A stretch of 64,000 nt of DNA, taken from the NCBI GenBank assembly GCA_012295275.1, contig CM022672.1:5456001-5520000 (forward strand), given 5' to 3'. The notes under the pieces are model-generated. The model made no database searches. It was not told the DNA's origin and worked only from the letters and a program-made list of their open reading frames with translations. This DNA comes from Chrysomallon squamiferum. Its lineage: Eukaryota > Animalia > Mollusca. The translations under genes and the position numbers were made by a program. Of the stretch, positions 54,601 to 64,000 are shown one piece after another (the stretch's first letter is position 1; every line of letters begins with the position of its first letter).

Positions 54601-56172
54601 TATTTCTTTCCCCATCTTGAATATGTTTTCTTTAGCACCAGAGATATTTGTTATGTAATGCAGCTTCAACACACCTGGCTTTAAAACTCAGCCAAGCCAA
54701 GCAAACACTCACAACTGGAACCAAAAAAAGAGATAATATCTTTTCACAAATTGCTAAAAGCTGTACCAACAGAAGAAGGAAGTTAGTTTTTGTTTTTTTT
54801 CAAAGATTCTTTCTCAGGCACTGTTATTTGTTATGTTATTATTGCCATCACAAAGTGGTGAAACTGTTGGCTAAAACAAATATGGCTGATATGCTAATGA
54901 AGCACAATTGTGTTGTTATTGGCATTACTGAACAAAGTAGGTGCATCTTGAAGCAGTTTAATGGTTCCACAGCAGCAGGCTGGTTCAGTGAGTTGAGCAG
55001 TCAGGCAATGTTTTGTCTGAGGAAGATTAACTGTCGGTGTAATCTGCGTGTCGCTCTTTGAATCTGCTGAGTTGTACCTGAACAGATGTGTTATAAAATT
55101 TACATACATTAGAAAATCCATCAGGCAAGATCTACGTCCCTTGCTACAAATTAGCTCGGTCTAGTCTAGAAGCCAAAGTTTGAAATCGGATATCAGCTCA
55201 GATATCCTATTTTCTTCTTTTATTTTTTTCAAAAGTTCAGTGGTAGCAAATATAATGAATAGATATCTAAAGTAAACATCCTATCTCTCTGTCTGTCTAT
55301 GTGTCTATCTATGTATAATCATGTCCATTCCCTTTCTTTCTCTCTTTCCTTTTTTCTGACTTTCTCTCTCTTTCCATTTCAGTTCCTCTTCAGGAAGCAG
55401 CTGGTGAGTGTTAATGTGTGTTAGACAACACTTTAGATATACTTGCATAATATCAACATTTGGTGATGCATACAAATTGTATTTTGCAGCTGATATTTAT
55501 GATGATGTAGCACAAGCTATAGAAGATAAAGGATTAGATTGTGAATGTGTGGGTGGTGGACGAATCCACATGGAACCTCATCAAAAGAAGATTCAAATAT
55601 TTGGTTATTCTCAGGTATAATTAAATCACTGTATGGTGTTTGATTTTTAAATGAAAGAAATGAAACAGATTCTAAATTTGTGTTGAAGTTTGTAGTTATG
55701 CGAGTGTATATATTTAAATATATATGAGTGAATATCACAGTTAATGTATATTTATGTATGAATGTGTGTGTATACATGTATATTTCTGTGTGTTTGTATT
55801 TGAGTTGCTCTATGTTATTTTAGCTTTTACTGTTACTTATAATTGATGTGTACCTGTGAAATTGTAGCATTAGTTTTCCTAAGTCTTTAATAAAATGTGT
55901 TGCTGTGTGTCTATGTGTATATTGTAAATGTTGGTTTGTATGTATATATAAATATAAAACTCTGTGTGTGTGTGTTTTGAAGTACAACTTCAGTTACAAT
56001 AACCCAATTTTCCTACAATCTTTATTATTATTATTATTAATCTGCTTGTTTAATCTGAATTATTACCAAATACTTTCAGCAATATGGAAGAGCAGATCAC
56101 TCAATAACACACGCTCTGTTACTACGTAAATACCCGGAGTTTAACATCACGTGGAGCAATGAAGGCTACTGA
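41357..56172 (+). CDS. PHPT1: 14-kDa phosphohistidine phosphatase (Janus/Ocnus family), 133 aa. Exons 41357-41540, 55490-55614, 56080-56172
   Basis: DIVIDKSGKFKYILMKIH, KHIVRG...HYH|ADIYD (catalytic His), CECVGGGRI, IFGYSQ|QYGRADH, and terminal ITWSNEGY-TGA. Phases 1 and 0 are consistent across a 13.95-kb and a 465-nt intron. Confidence 0.95.
46203..46398. repeat. Diverged direct duplication of ~70 bp
   Basis: TGTTCATAATTAC.TGTTA.TACT...GACAAATAT.C.TT.ATTCTGACTAA occurs at ~46204 and ~46332. Confidence 0.75.
47893..48091. repeat. Long inverted repeat around a (TA)/(CATA) microsatellite
   Basis: 47919-47952 pairs with 48031-48064 at 33/34 positions; about 25 further bp of imperfect pairing outside. 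Confidence 0.9.
49285..49616. repeat. Degenerate ~95-100 bp tandem repeat (at least 3.3 units; fainter units back to ~49040)
   Basis: Motif ATTATTT...ATG.TTGGTATTTT..TAATTAAA...TATCTAATTT recurs at 49291, 49384, 49481 and 49584 (periods 93, 97, 103). Confidence 0.7.
55383..55403 (+). other. Candidate 21-nt alternative microexon of PHPT1
   Basis: Branch-like CTGAC 55356-55360, long C/T tract 55324-55380, AG at 55381-55382, strong donor CTG|GTGAGT at 55404. Phase 1-1, no stop codon. Confidence 0.6.
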
Positions 56173-59100
56173 GTTCTGTCAGCATGCTTGGGACCAGACA
56201 GTGGGTGGGTTCAGATACAGCAATGTGTCCACAGCACTGACCAGGGTGACAACACCTTGACTGGACGGCTATTGTTCATAATTTTAGCCAGAAAGAAATA
56301 ATTTTGTTTATCCTTTTCACTGTTGACATGACGATACGATTTTTGGAACACAGGCACCGAATGTCTGCAAGTACGGTTCCCCTTTTCTGTTGAGTCGTCA
56401 TCTGATGTGGATATTAGATATTTAAATTATTATTTTTTTTTTTTTAAATTTTTGGTACTTATAGTTTGTGTTGTTGTTTTGAGTGTAAAAGCAGACTTGT
56501 GTAACTGTGTGTCCATTGCTATTAAATGATAATTAACGCTGGTCTATTAGGTACTGTTGTTTGTTTGGTCGTTTTGTGGGGTTTTTTAAAGTTCTTTTTT
56601 AATTACAGTTAATTACAGCAATAAGTAAAAATGTTTCATAATAATCATCTTCTTGGTGCAGCAGATTTTCATGTTCATAGAAAAAAAAATATATTGTATT
56701 ATTAAAAAGAAAACAGTTTTGAGTCTCAAATGATTTTAGTTTACTACTTGTACGTAATTAGTTTTAACATTGCACTTAATCACTGAAAATAATATAAGAT
56801 AAAATAGAAACTGATTACAGTTGTTTAGATTTGTTGTGCTTCTTTGCCCATCTGTTTTTTTTTAATATAACACAGTAACAGATTCAAGTGAATTCTTATC
56901 AAATTCTAACTAAATATGAATTTCTAAAATAGTAAGCTTTAAATAAAGTAATAAAATATACGTTTAAGTCATTTCACATACACTACATTTTCAAGATAAA
57001 AAAATGTCACACTTGAAAAGAAATTTACAAAAATAATGATTACCGATTCATAATAATATTAACTTATTTTCTTTGTACCTATTTTTATTCAGAGAGAAAT
57101 GCAATAAATGTTTTAATATTTTATCCAAATAATAAAACATTGAAACTATTTTATTTATAACTTTTTAATTATTATTAATTATTATACTTAGATAAAATTA
57201 TTTTTTCTCATTTCTAAACTGCGTTTTTGCTAGACTTGTGTCTGTTGATTTCCACATTTTCATTTGTAAAATCATATATTTAAAATACTTAGATATATTT
57301 TGGATATATATTACCCTAGATAAATTGTTTGGTGTACAATTTTACCCATTTATCCTATTGGTAAAACTTTGACAATTGAATATTTTTTATATATATATAA
57401 ATATATATATAAAATAAAATAAAAATCCTATTTGGAGCAATGGACATTGATCTGATGGTACTTTTGTGATTATTAAATAGATATTAAAATTGCATTAAAT
57501 TTAATAGCAACAGGGTATTTTGTCATTTCTTTCTTTTGATTATTTATGTCTTTTTCTTTTTTTTTAACACTTTGCCAAAATTTTCTAATCATGGTAGAAA
57601 TGCTGGTGTAAAATTATGCTATTATCTTTTAGCTTGAAATAACTGATAAACATTAACACTTTTTAAATAATGTATGTGTTTTTGAGAATTTATGATAAAG
57701 GATAGTCAGTGTTATAAATTTATGAAATTACTGAATAAATAAGGATCTTAAGGTTGTGATTTTTAAAGTGCCAGGTGCACAAAGTGCAATTTAGTTTTTA
57801 AAATTGATTTTAAAGTCAAATTAATTTTGGAATATATATATATATATTTTTTATAGTTCCTCTATTTGAAAATATGTTCGTACTTAACAATTCTTTTGTA
57901 ATTTGATTGTTGTAGGTTTTTTTTTTCTTTTTTAAATAAGCTCAAAAGAAATCATTAAACACGATTCATTCATTGCAAAGAAAAACAAATGAAATTTTAC
58001 TGTTTATTTATTTACAAAATAAGTAAAGAAGAACTGAAGAAAATGTATTAAATAATAACTAATCTGATTCAATATTTATATTATGAAATCAAAAATAATA
58101 AATACAATATATTTATTAAGCTGATTTTTTTTCTCTTTACCTCTTTGATAATTAACTTTTTTTGTAGTAAAATTTTACAGTTTATCATTTGAAATATTTT
58201 GTTAGTTATGCTCAATACAAATGCTATGTCCATGTTCTTTGGTATTTTTCATTTCCTGCATGTATTTAAATTGATTTTGTTTTTTTACAAACTGACCAGA
58301 TGGATCAGAATAAATTTTTAAAAATCCAAAAATGTATTTAACTTCTTAAGACCAAATATAAAAAACACACTGAGTGGGAGAAAAAATGTATTCAGTTTAT
58401 CATGAAATAAGGATTAAAAAGTTAATGATGCTGAAAAGTGTGTTCTGCAAAAAAGGGGGTCGTGTAACTCCCATATGTTATTGAAATTTAGTAAGCAGGA
58501 AATCCTGTCATTCAGATACTTGAAGCAGAGGCAAATATTTGGTTATCTCTTTGTATAATAATTAACGTTTTCTTTTTCTATTTTTTTTTTTTTTTTTTTT
58601 TGTTCTTCTGTATTCATTTTCAACATCTATTCAAATTTAGTATTCTCACCATCATCGTGATTTTTTTTTTTTTTTTTTTTTTTAATTGTATTTTTTCCTA
58701 AATCTTTTAACTTCAGTTTTGTCCTTTGTAATTGTGACTTTGATCTTAAACCTCAAAAGTTTCTCATTTGTATTAGAAAATCATTTTTCTCAATTATTTA
58801 TACAGGTTCTTAGATTACTTTTTTGTTAGGTGTGCATGTAGAAAATTGAGATGAAATGTGTTTTCAGACAATTGTATGTAAATGCATTTGTGTTACAAGT
58901 GTGACTCATTTGTGACTTGTTTCCATGACTTGTAAAAAAATATGCTGCTTTTATTTTTTATTATATACACAACTGCATACAGAAACACACATACACACAC
59001 ATATACCCATCTTTGGGTTTTTTTAATTTCCAAGATGACTTTTTCAACTTATTAGTGTTTTAATTTTCAGTGTTAAATTTTTAACCTATTTTCTAGATAA

Positions 59101-59583
59101 TAAAGCCAAATTCAATATATACTCTTCCAAATTACAGGGAAAGTAAAAAAAAGCTGTTATGGTTTGTGCCACCATTTGATATATCCCAAAATGTAAGCTT
59201 ATAGTCTGTATTTTCTCTCTAACAAAAATCCTAAGAATGTAAAAACAATAAAATAGTAATAATAAATATAAATACATTTTATGTACCTGTCATGGGAACA
59301 AGTCATATTTAATGTTTTCAATGTTAGCCCCTATGCAATTATTTATTTGACATTTACAGTTGATGTAACATATATCAGTTTATTAAAAAGTAATAAAAAT
59401 AAACAAGAGTTTTGTTATTTGTTTTTCATTTATATATCTGTTATTTTTTAAATATTTTAAAATTTAAAATATTTGTTGATAATGATATTTTTTATCTTGT
59501 GAGGTTGAATTGATTGTTGTCTGACAGTTTTGACTGCTAGATACTTATCAAATGCTATGAAGAATGATGGATATATATATATA

Positions 59584-60305
59584 CAGTGGTACCTTGAGTT
59601 ACGAGTACTCCAACTCTCTTGTCTTCCGAGTTTAGAGCAGTTGCCTGGTCAATTTTTTGCTTTGAGTTGCAAGCCAAAATCCGAGTTACAAGCGAACTTC
59701 AGATGTGCCATCACTAATTGGTGCAACAAACAACATCCACCCAGCACCGCGCATCTCACTCATTTACATCATGTGGTTACTTCGCTGTTGAAGCATTTCT
59801 GTTTTCTGCTCGTGTTTTGTGCAGTATTTTTGCCAAATTTATTATTTCTGACCATGGACCTTAAGAAAGTGAGTGGAAAGGACAGTGCTGAGAAGAAGCA
59901 GACAATGTCCATTGAATTAAAGAATATCATAGAAAAACATGAATGAGGTGTGGTTTGACAGTACAAGCATAGTACTAACATGATATGTACCATCCTGATG
60001 CAGAAGGAGTCGATAAATGCCAGCCAAAGGCGTTAAAATAATTTGTCTGATCTCCAAGAAAAATACACTTTACAAAACCAATTTATTTCTTTTATTCTCT
60101 TTTATTTTGTTTTTATACAATATTTGTCATTTATAAATACATTTATCTTATTTAAGAACATGTTACAAAAAAATTGAAGTGGTTTTTTGAGGGCTGTAAA
60201 AGATTAGTGGTATTTCAATTAATTTCAGTTGGGAAAATTGATTTGATATACGAGTTACGAGCTCAGTCATGGAATGAATTAAATTTGTAAGTCTAGATAC
60301 CACTG
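59584..60305 (+). mobile_element. Non-autonomous (internally deleted) Tigger/pogo-type Tc1/mariner DNA transposon, 722 bp
   Basis: TA on both flanks (59582-83, 60306-07). Imperfect TIRs CAGTGGTACCTTGAGTTACGAGT and reverse-complement CAGTGGTATCTAGACTTACAAAT. Decayed CENP-B-type HTH N-terminus from ATG 59854: MDLKKVSGKDSAEKKQTMSIELKNIIEKHE*GVV*QYKHSTNMICTILMQKESI. No DDE domain. Confidence 0.9.
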
Positions 60306-60980
60306 TATATATGTGTGTGTGTGAAACTGGATAGTTATATACTAGATGGTGTATGTTTGAACAAAAATAAAAAATTTATATTAAAATATACACTTTAAAA
60401 TGAATTCAAAATAATAAATGAATCAATAAATTTAAAAAAACCCGATCAATCCAGGTATATTTACATTTGCCTCAGTTATTTATTTTTTTACATTATTATT
60501 ATTATTAGTGTTCAGAATGTTTGATGCAATATCAAGCTAAAGCTTTTAATGACAGATATTAATATTAAGAATTGTTTATATATTGCTAATACTGATCAGT
60601 TAATGTTACTGTCAGGAATATACATAAAACATACTTTGATTAACTGGTCTTCAACAGAAATAAACCAGTGGACACAGGAAGGAAATCTGTTGATGTGACT
60701 GCAGTGCAACAACTTCCTTCCATCATCGGAAAATTAACACCTGACCTTTTTCGTTAAGTCTCAGTTGCCATGACACCAGGCTGAAAGTATCAAACATGAG
60801 CACTAAGTGTGAAGTAAGTGACCAATTAATTATGTGCAGAATGACCAATCCATTTCAAAGAGGCTTGCAGAAAATGTAAACCAGTACTTCTGTGTGTGAC
60901 AGAATTCATATTTCATCCTTAATAGGATTAAGGATTATTATTATCCGTAACTACCCTTATAAACAAGTGAATGTCACTGT

Positions 60981-61022
60981 CAGTGGCATATGCACGGTAT
61001 GGCAAGTATGGCATATGCCACT
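60981..61022. repeat. Short palindromic element, probably a DNA-transposon terminus fragment
   Basis: 12-bp perfect inverted repeat AGTGGCATATGC / GCATATGCCACT around two GTATGGCA units; starts with CAGTGGC. Confidence 0.4.
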
Positions 61023-61065
61023 TGAAAGGTAGTTTCAGTGGTCAGTTTCTGCTGTGGTAAAATGT

Positions 61066-61108
<43 letters not shown>

Positions 61109-61908
61109 CTTTATATAGAACAATTTTGAGATTTTCAGTATTTTTCTTTTTCAATAATAACTTTTTATAAATATTTATTTTGAATTTTGAAAAACATGTG
61201 AGACCGGATAAAATCAGATATTAATAATAATAATAAAAATAATAATGGTTATTATTTTATTAATCTGTCTTATCATGGAGGGCTGATATATTAATGAGAA
61301 TCTTCCAAATTTTCTAACAAAGGGAGATAATTGATGAACCAGCGAGGAAGGCGCTAAATTATAACTGTCAGTTTTGTCAATAGTAATTCATTTTAAAATG
61401 TTTTCATTTTAATATACTTAAAATATTTGGCAAGCAACATTATTTAAATATATTTGGTATAAAATTTTAAAATTCATTACAAAAATGTAAATTTTTTATT
61501 TCGTGAAACGTTTTTGTCCAACGGCGATAATTGATATTGCTAAATAATTTTTGGTTAACATTTTCACTTGTTGTTAACACACAAAACCATTTGTTTCACA
61601 AATTTCGGCAAGTCATAATATTAAATAGATGACAGAAAATAAAAAAGGTTTTTACATAGCCTAGTGATAACTGATTATCCAGTGTACATTAAACACAATC
61701 ATCAGTCGGGTTTGTTGATGATACATTTTTCATTATCGGTTGCTTATATTAAAATACGTGTACTATGTCATTAATTAGTTTATTGTGCTCTGGACTGGAA
61801 CATTTTATTTCGCTGCCACTTCAGTAACTGCCATATATTAAAAAGATTAATAATAATAATAATAATAAATTTAAAATTATTAATATTCATGATAAATAAA
61901 TAAATAAA

Positions 61909-61941
<33 letters not shown>

Positions 61942-62164
61942 AGCGATAATAAATAAATCAGTATTAACACGACGTAAAATTGATAAATATGCTAAACCCG
62001 GAAAATCAAAGAACATTAAATCCTGATCCAGCACACAAAATCACTTTGCCGTTTCTGATGCAGTTTTATCGTAATTATATATGTCGTATTTTGTTTAGGT
62101 CTGTTTTTCTGCGTACTCTGAATCTGCATTAAAAGACTGCAAGATTAACATTCTAATTTCGTAT

Positions 62165-62868
62165 ATGACGCTACCAATCAACAGGTATGAGGTAAGAATT
62201 TGTCACGTGCTTAGCATACTTACTAAACCTTGAATCAGCGAAATAAACACGGCCTAAAACTCATGCATAATATTCCAAATTAATGGCAAATAAAAAAAAA
62301 AAAAAAAAAAAATAAAATAAATAAAAATAAATAATAATAATAATAATAATAAAATAAGTAAATAAAAAATTAAAATAAACTTCACCGTTTAAATAATCTT
62401 TAATATTTGTTTCAGTTTTAAATTAACGTCTCTGCATCAGATTGTGAATACCGGGACAACAACAACAACAACAACAACAAAGTAACTTGATAATACATTC
62501 GTAACATTGCATGCTAATTACGAAAGCATTTATATATTAAATTAGTGTAATGTGTTTAGACGGTAAGTACAGTTAGATACTTTAACGTACGATTATCATA
62601 AATCCCACCTCATAAAATGATAAATGAAAAAAATGTTTTACTTGTAAGTGTAATAATTATTCGATGAACTCTAAACCCAGTGACTGTTTTTTAATGATTA
62701 TTTTTTATTTTTTATTCTCGGTCCTACCGAAATAGCCACATGTCCGTTATATCCGATAAATTTGATTGTTTTCATTTTTCAAACGTAAATACTACTAAAT
62801 AATAATTATAATTTAGAATATAACGAGACGAGCGGAGATTACGATTTAATCGTCGATTATAAACAAAA

Positions 62869-62933
<65 letters not shown>

Positions 62934-64000
62934 TAATTATTAAGGAACACCTAAAGTTGGCTAAACATATTTTCATTTATTAGCTTGGTCCGAACATACA
63001 TTGTGATTCGTCTTCCAGTTTTGTCAACAATACGTGAGTTTGTGTTGCCTGTTGGTTATTTGATTTATACTTACAGCGTGGCATAGTTTGATATGTTTAA
63101 AAATCAATAAGACAAGGCTAATCTAACTAACTTATTTCTTTTGGTAAGTATTATTAAAAAATAATATTAAAAAGTTAAGAGTCGCATTATGTCGATTTAG
63201 CAAATTAATACTAGAAATAATAATACTATGTAACAGCGTTTTAATGTGCTTCTTATTCGTTATTCAATTAAGTTATTGTTTTAAGCTTTTAGGCAGTTTT
63301 AGACTTCATTTACGATCTTTCCCGTCTTCAGTTTTATATTATTTTATTTACTGTTGTTGGTGTTTGTTTTTTAAATGAAATAATGAAATAGGTTATAAAT
63401 TTGTTGACATTGACAAAACCATCATATAAAATTTATACTTGTAAAATTAAGTACACCTTTAAACTATTCTTAAAATGACAAATGAAACCTTCCTTTGAAA
63501 AGAAATATTGTTTCACAATTCTTAATGAATCAGCAAGACAAAGAAAGAAGACGAAGAAGAAGATAATCTTCCAGATTCTTGAAATGTTGTGATTTAAATA
63601 TCTTATTTAATATGCCTAAATATGCTTTAAAATATTTCAAATGTTAAAGAAAACTGAGATTTATTCAATATGCATTAACTAATACAATTACAAATCTGAA
63701 GATTATCTTTTTTTTAAATATGCCAACACGCAGTAATCAGTAGTCATAGAAATATAATTGAATCTAGATTTGTCATTATTGTTTGCTGCAATTATTTTAA
63801 TACTTTCATTGTTGTTGTTGTTAATGTGGTTGGGTACAGCTGCTGTATTGTTATTTGATTCAGATAATGGCGTCACAGTCTACTTAAACTATGAGTCCAA
63901 GTGGAGTTCACCTGAACAAGGCAGTTGTCTTCCTTGTTGTTGGACTTTTTTATCTGTGTAGTTGTTGTGTATAAATTTACCAGATCACCTAAAGCTACTG
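62165..64000 (+). other. Probable 5' end of a further gene (UTR exons and a possible signal-anchor N-terminus) running off the window
   Basis: CpG-rich 61300-63330. Donors GAG|GTAAGA at 62192 and TTG|GTAAGT at 63144; candidate exon 63077-63143; acceptor at 63863; ATG 63891 gives MSPSGVHLNKAVVFLVVGLF... The frame closes at 63974 as written. Confidence 0.35.
62871..62927. repeat. (TAA)n microsatellite
   Basis: Direct reading. Confidence 0.95.

Noticed and set aside
54648-55121. Overlapping ORF-track calls (137 aa +, 75 aa -)
   Set aside because: No recognisable domain, and the composition resembles translated intron. Retained only as a possible alternative-first-exon region.
1-64000. CRISPR arrays, operons or prokaryotic defence systems
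   Set aside because: The window is spliced eukaryotic DNA; no regularly spaced identical repeats with unique spacers and no long intronless ORFs other than known exons.

Overview
AT-rich, microsatellite-laden animal genomic DNA. Protein sequences and intron style suggest a lophotrochozoan, probably a mollusc; the species cannot be fixed from sequence alone. I reconstructed six spliced genes by hand with phase-consistent exons: the 3' part of ZFYVE28/LST2 (+), a PhyH-family Fe(II)/2-oxoglutarate dioxygenase of the 'L-proline trans-4-hydroxylase-like' type (-), argininosuccinate synthase ASS1 (+), the selenocysteine elongation factor EEFSEC (+), syntaxin-6 STX6 (-) and phosphohistidine phosphatase PHPT1/janus (+, ~14 kb first intron). 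Also present: an internally deleted Tigger/pogo transposon, a foldback-like inverted repeat and the probable 5' end of a seventh gene. Most notable: (1) a minor-spliceosome (U12) intron in STX6 that can only keep frame with AT-AA termini, plus a second STX6 intron that looks like a U12-to-U2 conversion; (2) a well-formed, frame-preserving 21-nt microexon candidate in PHPT1 that would insert 7 residues directly after the catalytic histidine; (3) several structured or CpG-retaining islands in the giant PHPT1 intron. No prokaryotic-type system, CRISPR array, rRNA or tRNA is visible.
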